Assembly (NCBI GenBank): GCA_013388845.1
Contig: JACAEN010000016.1
Location: forward strand, 21,898-85,897
Direction of reading: 5' to 3'
Length of the DNA stretch: 64,000 nucleotides
From: Chloroflexota bacterium
Lineage (GTDB): Bacteria > Chloroflexota > Dehalococcoidia > GIF9 > AB-539-J10
Part shown: one piece after another, positions 50,097 to 59,501 of the stretch
Layout of the letters: each line of letters opens with the position of its first letter
Numbering within the stretch: position 1 is the stretch's first letter
Program-made: the position numbers and the translations under genes
Notes under the pieces: generated by a model
Database searches by the model: none
The model's input: the letters and a program-made list of their open reading frames with translations, nothing else
Told to the model about the DNA's origin: nothing

Positions 50097-50930
50097 ATGA
50101 AGATAAGAAAACCTGCTGTTTCTGGTATGTTTTACGCCGGCACTGCCGCAGAATTAGAAGAACAAATTGAATGGTGCTACAAGCATGAGCTTGGACCAGG
50201 AGCTATACCTCAGGTGAATAACAAAGGAACGAGGGAGATTGTGGCTATTGTTGTCCCCCACGCTGGCTATTATTACTCAGGACCAGTAGCCGCCCATGCG
50301 TATAAGGAGCTTGCTAAGGATGGGATATTCGATACCGCAGTGATACTTGGCCCTAACCACACCGGGTATGGGTATCCTGTCTCTCTATGGACAGGAGGTA
50401 GCTGGAACACGCCCTTGGGTGAGGTAGAAATAGACGAAGAGCTTAGCCAGAGGCTGTTGGGGAAGGTAATCAAAGCAGACGAGATTGCTCATATACATGA
50501 GCACAGTATTGAAGTGCAATTACCCTGGCTTCAGCACCTCTATAAAAAGGTAAAAATTGTACCCATAACTATGCTGGCTCAAGACATAGAAACAGCCCGG
50601 ACGGTGGGCAAGGCTATTTCTCAGGCAGGCGATAACTTAGTAATTATCGCCAGCAGTGATTTCACACATTATGAACCCTACTCTGTGGCTATGGAAAAGG
50701 ACAACGCTGTAATCGAGGCTATAGTGGACCTTGATGAGGAAGAGCTATATGAGCGCTGTGAGAGTCTTAATTGTACCATGTGCGGGTATGGTGCGGTTGC
50801 TTCAGCTATTGTTGCAGCCAAAGAAATGAAAGCCAAGAAGGCAAGTTTATTGAAATATGCCACCAGCGGAGACACGAGTGGCGATTTCTCCCGTGTGGTC
50901 GGCTATGGCTCTATCGTGATAAAACGGTAA
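50097..50930 (+). CDS. MEMO1 family protein (AmmeMemoRadiSam protein B)
   Basis: RKPAVSGMFY, VPHAGYYYSG, LGPNH, EHSIEVQLP, SSDFTHY, CGYG. Confidence 0.92.
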   Translation: MKIRKPAVSGMFYAGTAAELEEQIEWCYKHELGPGAIPQVNNKGTREIVAIVVPHAGYYYSGPVAAHAYKELAKDGIFDTAVILGPNHTGYGYPVSLWTGGSWNTPLGEVEIDEELSQRLLGKVIKADEIAHIHEHSIEVQLPWLQHLYKKVKIVPITMLAQDIETARTVGKAISQAGDNLVIIASSDFTHYEPYSVAMEKDNAVIEAIVDLDEEELYERCESLNCTMCGYGAVASAIVAAKEMKAKKASLLKYATSGDTSGDFSRVVGYGSIVIKR

Positions 50931-50934
50931 ACAA

Positions 50935-51402
50935 TCACCATCGAGAGCTAATTATTTCTCCTTGGGCCTCTCTGTCGATCGTGAGAATGCCAAAAGAATC
51001 TGCAGCCTTGCCGGGATTGAACAAGAGAATATTATCGATGACCTTATTGTGGGAGTGGTGAGAATGGCCATAGACGATAATATCAACACAGTCTGACTCA
51101 AACATTTTCCTTACCCTCTCTTCCATTCCCCAAGGACCGCCAGAGCCATGAGTTATGCCAATTCGTTTATTTCCTATTTCGACTATTTCCTTGACCGGTA
51201 GCACAGTCTTTAGCTCCGTAGAATCCATATTACCATGGACGGCTTTTACCTCTCTTAACCGTCTCAAGTCCTTAAGCAGTTGGACATCGGTGAAGTCTCC
51301 AGCGTGGATTATTAAATCTATAGTGGAGAGGGCGTCAATTATCTTTTTAGGAAGGTGTTCAAGCCTGTTTACATGGGTATCGGCAAGCACGGCTATCCGC
51401 AT
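50935..51402 (-). CDS. Metallophosphoesterase (YfcE/MJ0936 family)
   Basis: ADTH, HAGD, GNMD, THG, GHSH, NPG. Confidence 0.92.
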   Translation of the reverse strand: MRIAVLADTHVNRLEHLPKKIIDALSTIDLIIHAGDFTDVQLLKDLRRLREVKAVHGNMDSTELKTVLPVKEIVEIGNKRIGITHGSGGPWGMEERVRKMFESDCVDIIVYGHSHHSHNKVIDNILLFNPGKAADSFGILTIDREAQGEIISSRW

Positions 51403-51488
51403 AACAAGCCTCCCGGCAGTGACGCAGAGAGAACACCCCGCAGTTTCAAAAATGCTACCATCTCAGACGAAAAACTGCAAAATGTTTC

Positions 51489-51716
51489 TCATTGATGGTT
51501 TTGGGAGATAACCTGCTTCACCAATTGGATGGTTTTGTCCATGTTAGATAAAGAGAAGGATAACCCTAGTTGCCTAAGGTCTTTGTAGCCCAGTCCTTCG
51601 AATAGTTTCCTCCCGGCTACTCTAGTCATTTCGTCGTAAATAGCCGGCCACTCTGGGCTTCGCCTTTGGGCACAAAAAAGAATAAAATCCCGAAGCTTGG
51701 GAGGAATGTCATCCAT
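51489..51716 (-). CDS. Hypothetical small protein
   Basis: 75-aa ORF, no recognised motif. Confidence 0.6.
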   Translation of the reverse strand: MDDIPPKLRDFILFCAQRRSPEWPAIYDEMTRVAGRKLFEGLGYKDLRQLGLSFSLSNMDKTIQLVKQVISQNHQ

Positions 51717-51870
51717 ACATTATTATTTTATGGCCAGGACTCTAGTTTAACAAACTTGTTTATGGCCGCTGGGATGGTATCCTCTCCCTTATTTTCCCTT
51801 GGATAACCCCTTGGGGCAAGGCTTGAGTCTCATCCCTGTCCTTTGCCAAATATAAGCCGGAAAAAATTTT

Positions 51871-52278
51871 CGGGCAAGCAAACCTGTAAGCCGAGTTCTG
51901 TCCCCCGACCGAGTCGGGGTGGTGACCATCCATCTAGCCCCGATGTTACCATCGAGGTCAAGCGACCAACCCGAGGGCTTCGGCCGAGCGCCTTAGACTC
52001 ACCCCAGAGTCTTGAGACTTTGGAGCAGTTGAGCCCTCTTATTCGGTCTTGCTCCGGGTGGGGTTTGCCCAGCCAGCCAGTTTCCTGGTTGCTGGTGAGC
52101 TCTTGCCTCACCATTTCACCCTTACCCGCACCCCGATGCCATCAGGGCCGCTGGCGGTATGTTTCTGTGGCACTTTCCGTAGGGTCTCCCCTCCTGGGTA
52201 TTACCCAGCACCCTGCTCGGTAGAGCTCGGACTTTCCTCCCCGATTGTATCGGGGCGGTCACCCGGTTTACTTGCCCG
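51871..52278 (-). ncRNA. rnpB: RNase P RNA (type A)
   Basis: GAGGAAAGTCCGAGCTC, GAAAGTGCCACAGAAA, ACAGAACTCGGCTTAC. P1 cgggcaagtaaacc/ggtttgcttgcccg. Confidence 0.96.
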
Positions 52279-52525
52279 AGTCTATTTTATAGTTAACTAG
52301 ACTAAAGGTCAAATTCTCGAATTCACCAAAACAAGATTGCCCGCTGGTAACAACCACTCCCAAGCAGTTTATAGCCAACTTTTGAGCTTTGGGTTGACGC
52401 TAAGGGACAAATGTGAATTATGGCACAACAAAACGCATCCCCGAGGTATAATATATAAGAGGATAATGGCAAGGCCCAACAATAATGGCATAGTCTGGGC
52501 CAAAAGTATAACTGGAGGTGAACCG

Positions 52526-52828
52526 ATGCAACCACGAAACATGAACTGGGTTGTCGCAGGTAAGCGATACCGCACAGACACAGCCACACTAATAGCCCAC
52601 GACTCATACTGGAACGGACACAACTGGGAGCAAGGTGGCCGTAATATATTCTTATTCAAAACGCCAAAGGGCAATTTCTTTGCCCAGCATCAAACGCTAT
52701 TGCCAGGCGAATTTGACAAAATCACCCCCCTGGACACAAACGAAGCCATATCTCTGTATCAATCTCTACCCAAAAAAGAGGTTCCTTTCGGAGTGGCTTT
52801 CCCGTGTGTCAAAGTAGAGGACGCCTGA
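52526..52828 (+). CDS. Hypothetical protein (GKRYRTDTATLI motif)
   Basis: GGAGG RBS before ATG 52526. Confidence 0.7.
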   Translation: MQPRNMNWVVAGKRYRTDTATLIAHDSYWNGHNWEQGGRNIFLFKTPKGNFFAQHQTLLPGEFDKITPLDTNEAISLYQSLPKKEVPFGVAFPCVKVEDA

Positions 52829-52861
52829 TTTATTGCTGTCGCAGAGCTCCAGTTGCCTAAA

Positions 52862-53176
52862 CTACGGTTTGAGCCTACTGTATGCCCATCCTGATGTGGG
52901 CACTACCTCATATATTGTTATCCTAGGCTTTGACACCAAGATTGCCTCTGCCCCTTGCAGTGTCTGTTTTCTAAGCTTTGAACTCTCCCATATCGCCCAA
53001 TTCTCAAGTTTATCCCAATCGTATAACAGAGCAGAAATAGGACTGCCTTTCACACTTTTGATATGCTCAGCACCAATGAAACCTGGAAATGTCATAGCAT
53101 GTGACCTGAGCTTTAGAAATACAGGTTGTATATCGGCACCCTTCTTCAATTCATAACCTTCGATAACCTTTATCAT
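52862..53176 (-). CDS. ABM-like (antibiotic biosynthesis monooxygenase fold) protein
   Basis: AMTFPGFIGAE...WDKLENWAIWESSK.R pattern. Confidence 0.7.
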   Translation of the reverse strand: MIKVIEGYELKKGADIQPVFLKLRSHAMTFPGFIGAEHIKSVKGSPISALLYDWDKLENWAIWESSKLRKQTLQGAEAILVSKPRITIYEVVPTSGWAYSRLKP

Positions 53177-53565
53177 TTCCCTTCTTCCCTTCGACGACGA
53201 GTAACAAATTATACCGCCTATGCCGCCCGAAGTCTACCACGCAGGTTGTCATTGTTTCAGCGGCATTATTACAGCCTATCTCACACCCTCTCAAAGACAA
53301 AAATCTGACAAAAGCATAACTAAGCCACCTGGCAAAGAGGATAGGGTGAACCTTGGATGTTGAAGCAACGAGACAGGGTGCATGCAAAAATCCCTCGCCA
53401 GCTGAAACACCTGCCTTTTTGAGCCTCTCAGAGCGTGGTTTATTGTAAAGTAGAGCCAGAGCATGTCCCCTAGTTGTCCATGTTGGATTAAAGTCTGGTA
53501 GAGATGCCAACCAAAGGTCGACAGGATTGCCTGAAGGGGTCGTTTTGAAGTAGAATTCGATGCCA

Positions 53566-53656
53566 GGAGGGGTGACCGAGTGGCTTATGGTGGCGGTCTT
53601 GAAAACCGCTCCCCGACAAAGTCGGGGCGTGGGTTCGAATCCCACCCCCTCCGCCA
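53566..53656 (+). tRNA. tRNA-Ser(TGA)
   Basis: GCGGT-CT-TGA-AA-ACCGC, variable arm ccccgac-aaa-gtcgggg, CCA. Confidence 0.96.
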
Positions 53657-53778
53657 TTTGAGAGATGGCTTGACCTTGAGCATGTGTTGAGAGTAGTCTA
53701 TGAGGAACATACTGACGAAACTGTTATAACTACTTTCTTAGTGAGCGCAAAGCTTGGTTCGTGAAAGCAAGTTAGCTA

Positions 53779-55239
53779 ATGAATCGCTATCCTCTGGTCG
53801 AAGAAGTCTCTACTTCCTTAACTGCTCCGGAGCTTTTCGAGCTAATCAAGGACAGACCCTATAGCTTCTTTTTAGACAGCGGCATGGATCCTCAAAGGCT
53901 CGGGCGATATTCCTTTCTGGGCAGCGAGCCATTTCTGGTAATGAGCAGTCGAGGCTCTGAAATCACCTTGGTTCGTGGACGAGAGTACGCAGTGCAGCAT
54001 GATAACCCTTTCGATGTTATTGGCAAGCTACTGGAGATATATAAGTTAGACCGTTGCCCAGCACCCGTACCCTTCACGGGCGGAGCAGTTGGCTATTTCA
54101 GCTATGACCTGTGCCACTTTATTGAAGATCTACCATCTACAGCCATAGACGATCTCAAACTCCCTGAGAGTTATTTTGCCTTCTATGATGCGATTATGGC
54201 CTTCGATCACCTGGAAGAGAAAACTTACCTTGTTGCCACGGGCTTTCCCGAGACAGAGGAAGAGCAAAGGCTAAGGCGGGCTAGGATGAGGCTTGAGGAA
54301 ATGAGGGACTGGCTTTATAGTGCCTCCCATAGCCAACAACCCTCTTTCCTCCGAGAGAAAGCTGAATTTCAATCAGGCCAGAGAAATAGAGAAATCCTGC
54401 TCAAGTCCAATTTTACCGCTGAGCAATACTTCAAAGCTGTAAATAGAGTGCGAGAGTATATTGCCGCTGGCGATGTCTTTCAAGTTAATCTTTCTCAAAG
54501 GTTTGAGGCTGATTTGGAAATTTCGCCCTATGAGCTTCATAAACGACTAAGGAAGGTCAATCCTGCTCCCTTTGCCAGCTATCTCAATTTCCCTGACGTG
54601 GCCATCGTCAGTGCCTCTCCTGAAAGATTCCTCAAAGTCCAAGACGACCGGGTAGAGACAAGACCGATAAAAGGCACGAGACCACGAGGCGGAGACCCCG
54701 CTGAAGATGAGCAGCTAGCTCACGAGTTGACACACAGCAGCAAGGACCGTGCAGAGAACATCATGATTGTTGATTTAGAGAGGAACGATTTGGGACGAGT
54801 TTGCCGGTATGGCACAGTAAAAGTCACTGAACTGGCTATCCTGGAGACCTTCCCCACCGTATTTCATCTCACCTCTACCGTTGTGGGCAGGCTACGCCGA
54901 GGCAAAAGCAACATTGACTTGCTTAAGGCTACTTTCCCCGGCGGCTCTATTACTGGCGCTCCTAAGGTGCGGGCTATGGAGATTATTGATGAACTGGAGC
55001 CAACCAAGAGGAGTGTCTATACTGGCTCCCTAGGTTACCTAAGCTTTAACGGGGACATGGATATCAACATCGTTATTCGCACTTTTTTAATAAAAGAAGG
55101 TAAAGCTTACTTTCAGGTAGGCGGAGGCATTATTTACGACTCTGATTCGGAAGCTGAATATAGGGAAACTCTGGACAAAGCCAAGGCTCTGATGCAAGCT
55201 TTGCAGTTAGCACTAGAGGTGATTGTAGCAACAAAATGA
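53779..55239 (+). CDS. pabB: Aminodeoxychorismate synthase component I (PabB/TrpE family)
   Basis: FFLDSG, GGAVGYFSYD, SASPERF, PIKGTRPR, IMIVDLERND, FPGGSITGAPK. Confidence 0.85.
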   Translation: MNRYPLVEEVSTSLTAPELFELIKDRPYSFFLDSGMDPQRLGRYSFLGSEPFLVMSSRGSEITLVRGREYAVQHDNPFDVIGKLLEIYKLDRCPAPVPFTGGAVGYFSYDLCHFIEDLPSTAIDDLKLPESYFAFYDAIMAFDHLEEKTYLVATGFPETEEEQRLRRARMRLEEMRDWLYSASHSQQPSFLREKAEFQSGQRNREILLKSNFTAEQYFKAVNRVREYIAAGDVFQVNLSQRFEADLEISPYELHKRLRKVNPAPFASYLNFPDVAIVSASPERFLKVQDDRVETRPIKGTRPRGGDPAEDEQLAHELTHSSKDRAENIMIVDLERNDLGRVCRYGTVKVTELAILETFPTVFHLTSTVVGRLRRGKSNIDLLKATFPGGSITGAPKVRAMEIIDELEPTKRSVYTGSLGYLSFNGDMDINIVIRTFLIKEGKAYFQVGGGIIYDSDSEAEYRETLDKAKALMQALQLALEVIVATK

Positions 55240-55491
55240 GGAACGCTCAGAAATCATAGATTCCTCACGGCAAAACAGTAATATTCAGCCAGGAGTTGTG
55301 CCTTCGCCTTCCCGAGCCCAAGTTGGAATATTGAAAAGCTGGCGCTTATGCCATATAATAGCAGGACTGAGCAGGAGCAATTGCTTTTATATAGCGTTCC
55401 GCGTAATTTCGCACAAGAATCCCTTCCTGAAAGGGGAATCATCATAAAGAGCTCCGCAGTTAATTGTAGTCACTAATAAGGAGGCTTAATT

Positions 55492-57066
55492 ATGGCTGAT
55501 GAATCTGACAAAGATCTGAAGAAAACTGAAGAACTAATGGAAGAACTGAAGAGAAAACGAGAACACATCTTGCAAATGGGAGGACCAAAGGCGATTGAAG
55601 AGCGCCATAAGAAAGGGCAGATGTCAGCTCGGGAGAGGATAGAATATTTCTTTGACTCCGGCACATTCACGGAAATAGGTTTGTTCGTTAAGCATAGAAC
55701 GACTGCGTTTGGCATGAGTAAAAGGGAGGTGCCTGCTGAAGGAGTAATCACTGGCTTCGGCAAAGTGAATGGCCGGTACGTTGTGGTTGCGGCTGAAGAT
55801 TACACGGCAATGGCGGGAACCTTTGGCGAATATCATGGTAAGAAATTTGTTCGTGCTATAGAGTTCGCTAAGGATAACGGATGGCCATTTATAGGCATGA
55901 ATGACTCCGGAGGTGCTCGACTGCAAGAAGGAATTGATACCTTGGAAGCCTACGGATGGCTTTTCAGAGCTCAAATACTGGCGTCAGGGATAATACCCCA
56001 GATAGCCCTGCTTATGGGCCCTTGTCTCGGGGGACAGGCATATCATCCTATAATGCAAGATTTCCTCATTCAAACCAAGCACACAGGATTTATGGGTATT
56101 GCTGGCCCGGCTTTTGTCAAAACTCAAACCGGCGAGGAAATATCCCTGGAGGAACTTTCTGGCTACAAAGCTCATGCCATCAAATCCGGACAAACACACA
56201 TCGTGGCTGAAGATGATGCCGATTGCCTAGATAAGTGCAAGGAACTTTTATCCTTTTTGCCTTCCAGCAACCGTGAGAAACCGCCTCGCATCCCAACGGA
56301 TGATGACCCAGAAAGGAAAGAGGATTTGCTTAGCTTGATGCCCGAACATCCTTATGAACCTTTCGATATGTACGAAGTCATCACAAAAATAGTTGACCAG
56401 GGTTATTTCTTTGAGACCTTGGGACTCCACGCTCGCAATATAATCACAGGTTTTGCTCGCTTCAACGGGCGTCCTGTGGGAATAGTAGCCAACCAACCAA
56501 AGTGGATGGCTGGTTGCTTAGATATTGATGCGTCCGACAAAGCAGCTAGGTTTATCAGGTTTTGCGACCTGTTCAACATCCCCCTGCTCACTCTGCAGGA
56601 TTGCCCGGGGTATCTGATAGGTTCTCAGCAAGATTGGGGTGGAATCCTGCGCCATGGCGCTAAGCTACTTTTTGCCTGGGCTGATGCCACCGTGCCCCTG
56701 ATTTCCATCATACTTAGAAAATCCTATGCTGGCGCTCATTATGGCATGCTGGACAAATCTATTGGTGCTGATTTCGTCTTCGCCTGGCCTACCGCCCGAA
56801 TTACCATTGTCGGCGCCGAAACTGCTGCCAGTGTTATCTTCGCCAAGGAAATAAAGGAGGCAGACAAGCCTGATGAAATGCGAGAAAAAAGGATAAAGGA
56901 ATATTCGGAGCTCTACGAAAATCCTTACCGCGCTGCTGAGAGAGGTTATGTCGACGATGTAATAGACCCTGCGGATACCAGAAAATTCATAAACAAGGCA
57001 TTGGATAGTCTAGAGAATAAGTGTGTGGTCAGGCCTTGGAGGAAGTATTCCAACATCAATCTCTAA
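55492..57066 (+). CDS. Acyl-CoA carboxylase/decarboxylase carboxyltransferase subunit (PccB/MmdA family)
   Basis: MSARERI, DSGGARLQEG, KAARFIRFCD, GILRHGAKLL. Confidence 0.9.
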   Translation: MADESDKDLKKTEELMEELKRKREHILQMGGPKAIEERHKKGQMSARERIEYFFDSGTFTEIGLFVKHRTTAFGMSKREVPAEGVITGFGKVNGRYVVVAAEDYTAMAGTFGEYHGKKFVRAIEFAKDNGWPFIGMNDSGGARLQEGIDTLEAYGWLFRAQILASGIIPQIALLMGPCLGGQAYHPIMQDFLIQTKHTGFMGIAGPAFVKTQTGEEISLEELSGYKAHAIKSGQTHIVAEDDADCLDKCKELLSFLPSSNREKPPRIPTDDDPERKEDLLSLMPEHPYEPFDMYEVITKIVDQGYFFETLGLHARNIITGFARFNGRPVGIVANQPKWMAGCLDIDASDKAARFIRFCDLFNIPLLTLQDCPGYLIGSQQDWGGILRHGAKLLFAWADATVPLISIILRKSYAGAHYGMLDKSIGADFVFAWPTARITIVGAETAASVIFAKEIKEADKPDEMREKRIKEYSELYENPYRAAERGYVDDVIDPADTRKFINKALDSLENKCVVRPWRKYSNINL

Positions 57067-57082
57067 GAAAGGAGAAGGAAAG

Positions 57083-58240
57083 ATGGATTTCAGCTTCACA
57101 GAAGAGCAGAACAGGTTTAGACAGGAGGTACGCAACTTTTTAGAGGACGAGATAAAGAAAGGGTATTGGGAACCTGCTTGTGACGCCTGGATACAAGGCT
57201 TTGACCCAGGATTTACCAAACGAGTGGCGCAGCGGGGCTGGATAGGTCTGACCTGGCCCAAAGAGTATGGCGGGCAAGGGCGTAGTTATGTAGACCGGCT
57301 CATACTCACCGAGGAAATGCTGAGATACGGGGCACCAGCAGCTTGTCACTGGTTTGCCGACCGCCAGATAGGTGGCTCTATTGCCGCCTTTGGCACTGAG
57401 GAGCAAAAGAAGGAGTTATTACCTAAGATTATAAGAGGGGAAGCTTATATTGGTCTGGGAATGAGCGAACCAGGAGCTGGCTCTGACTTAGCCTCATTGC
57501 AAACTAGAGCTATTGAAGACGGAGACAGCTATATAATTAATGGACAAAAGACATGGACCAGTGGTGGCTCGTTTGTAAATTATTTCTACCTATTAGCTAG
57601 AACTGACCCCGAGGCACCTAAACACAGAGGCATTAGCGAATTCATTATTCCCGCAGATTTACCTGGGATTAAACGCATCCCCATGATAGATATTACTGGT
57701 ACTGAAGCTTGGAACGATGTCTTTTTTGACGAAGTACGCGTCCCCAGGACATGTTTGATAGGGGAGAAAAACCGTGGTTTCCTGCAAGCCCTCCAACAGC
57801 TTGATTATGAGAGAAGCGGGATGGAGCGACTCATGGGCAACTATCCCCTCTTTGAAGCCCTTATACAGTTTACCAAAGAGCATAAATTGTCCCAAGAACC
57901 TGTAATTCGCAATAAGCTAGCTCAGCTCCAGATTGAATTTGAAGTTGGGCGGCTACTTATTTATCGGGTGGCGTTGGTCATGGACGAGGGACGGGCTCCC
58001 AATCGGGAAGCAGCCATGTCCAAAGCATATTCCACCGCGTTTGAACAACGGTTAGCCAACACCGCTATGGAAATACTCGGGCCTTATGGGCAACTGCTCG
58101 GCGACTCTAAACTAGCTCCTATTCGAGGGCTAGCAGTGTATTCCTACCTGGGTTCCAAGGGTTATAGCCTCCAGGCAGGTACATCTGAGATACTAAAGAA
58201 TATCCTGGCTACCAGGGGACTGGGCTTACCAGCCTCGTAA
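57083..58240 (+). CDS. Acyl-CoA dehydrogenase, catalytic-type subunit
   Basis: GMSEPGAGSDL, INGQKTWTS, LDYERSG, AGTSEILKNI. Confidence 0.92.
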   Translation: MDFSFTEEQNRFRQEVRNFLEDEIKKGYWEPACDAWIQGFDPGFTKRVAQRGWIGLTWPKEYGGQGRSYVDRLILTEEMLRYGAPAACHWFADRQIGGSIAAFGTEEQKKELLPKIIRGEAYIGLGMSEPGAGSDLASLQTRAIEDGDSYIINGQKTWTSGGSFVNYFYLLARTDPEAPKHRGISEFIIPADLPGIKRIPMIDITGTEAWNDVFFDEVRVPRTCLIGEKNRGFLQALQQLDYERSGMERLMGNYPLFEALIQFTKEHKLSQEPVIRNKLAQLQIEFEVGRLLIYRVALVMDEGRAPNREAAMSKAYSTAFEQRLANTAMEILGPYGQLLGDSKLAPIRGLAVYSYLGSKGYSLQAGTSEILKNILATRGLGLPAS

Positions 58241-58273
58241 TACGCTCTTGAACGAAGGACCCCGTGACTCAAG

Positions 58274-58300
58274 GATTCTTCGCCGATGTTAAGAATGACA
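58274..58300. repeat. REP-like type II element, short
   Basis: gattcttcgccgatgttaagaatgaca (reverse orientation of GTCATTCT...GCGAAGAATC). Confidence 0.6.
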
Positions 58301-58329
58301 CTGGAAATGTCGGAAACAGAAGGATAGCA

Positions 58330-59454
58330 ATGAAGTTAACTCTTACTGAAGAACAAGAAATGCTAAAAAAGACAGCTCGCGACTTCCTGACTGAGAAGTG
58401 CCCGAAAAAATTTGTTAAACAGATTGAACAAAGCGAGACAGGCTATTCCAGAGAACTTTGGCAGGAGATGGCTGAGCTGGGCTGGATGGGCTTGGCTTTC
58501 CCCGAGAAATACGGCGGCGGCGACATGAATTTTCTCGACCTAGCAGTGTTGCTAGAAGAGATGGGACGAGCTTGTCTACCTGGCCCTTTTTTCTCCTCGG
58601 TCGTTCTCGCAGGCTTAACCATCTTGGACCTGGGCACCGAGGAGCAAAAACAAGAATACCTGCCCAAGCTAATCCGTGGGGAGAAAATCTTTACCTTAGC
58701 CCTAACCGAACTTGGCTATCACAATTACGATGCCTCTTCAATCGCAGTCGAGGCTACCGCCCGTGATGGCAACTATATTATCAAGGGCACGAAATTGTTT
58801 GTGCCTGATGCTCATATTGCTGACTACTTGCTATGTGTCGCCAGAACCAAACCCAAAGACGGAATCACCGTATTCCTGACCGATGCTAAGAGTCCCAAGA
58901 TAAATTGCACCCTTTTAAAAACTATCGCCCGTGACAAGCTATGCGAGGTAGTTTTTGACCAAATGCCAGTACCTAAAGCCAATGTTTTGGGACAACCGAA
59001 CCAGGGGTGGAATGCAGTGCAAAGGATAATTGAGCGGGCGGCGGTGGGAAAATGTTGCGAGATAGTCGGCAATCTTCAGCGAGTTTTGGACATGACCGTG
59101 GACTACGCCAAAGAAAGGAAACAGTTTGACCGTCCCATTGGTAGCTTTCAGATTATACAGCACTATTGCGCCGACATGGCCACCGATGTTGATGGCGCCC
59201 GATTTAGCACCTACCAAGCAGCCTGGATGCTAAGCGAAGGATTGCCCTGCACCAGAGAAGTAGCCATAGCCAAGGCCTGGGCAAGCCAAGCCTCCCAGCG
59301 CGTTATTGCTCTGGCACACCAAATTCATGGAGCTATTGGCGTTACCATAGAACATGACCTACACTACTACACCAGGCGCGCTAAAGCCGCCGAGATTGCC
59401 TTCGGCGATGCCAATTTCTACCGGGAGATAGTGGCCAAAGAGATGGGATTGTGA
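58330..59454 (+). CDS. Acyl-CoA dehydrogenase, partner subunit
   Basis: LEEMGRACLPGPF, ERKQFDRPIGSFQ, QIHGAIG. Start at MKLTLTEEQ. Confidence 0.9.
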   Translation: MKLTLTEEQEMLKKTARDFLTEKCPKKFVKQIEQSETGYSRELWQEMAELGWMGLAFPEKYGGGDMNFLDLAVLLEEMGRACLPGPFFSSVVLAGLTILDLGTEEQKQEYLPKLIRGEKIFTLALTELGYHNYDASSIAVEATARDGNYIIKGTKLFVPDAHIADYLLCVARTKPKDGITVFLTDAKSPKINCTLLKTIARDKLCEVVFDQMPVPKANVLGQPNQGWNAVQRIIERAAVGKCCEIVGNLQRVLDMTVDYAKERKQFDRPIGSFQIIQHYCADMATDVDGARFSTYQAAWMLSEGLPCTREVAIAKAWASQASQRVIALAHQIHGAIGVTIEHDLHYYTRRAKAAEIAFGDANFYREIVAKEMGL

Positions 59455-59501
59455 CCATCTATTGGACAGTGAACTTACTAAGGCCTTGGCACAAGTCAGG
59501 A

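Noticed and set aside
51830-52300. ORFs overlapping rnpB, plus the many short antisense ORFs throughout the track
   Set aside because: Explained by RNase P RNA or by opposite-strand real genes, with no recognisable motifs.
53340-53520. Integrase remnant near tRNA-Ser (RLKKAGVS in ORF 53151-53657)
   Set aside because: No HxxR or catalytic Tyr. The ORF runs antisense over the tRNA and is probably spurious.
54320-54400. Possible repeat-derived linker in pabB (PSFLREKAEFQ)
   Set aside because: No clear palindrome, and the region is variable in this family.
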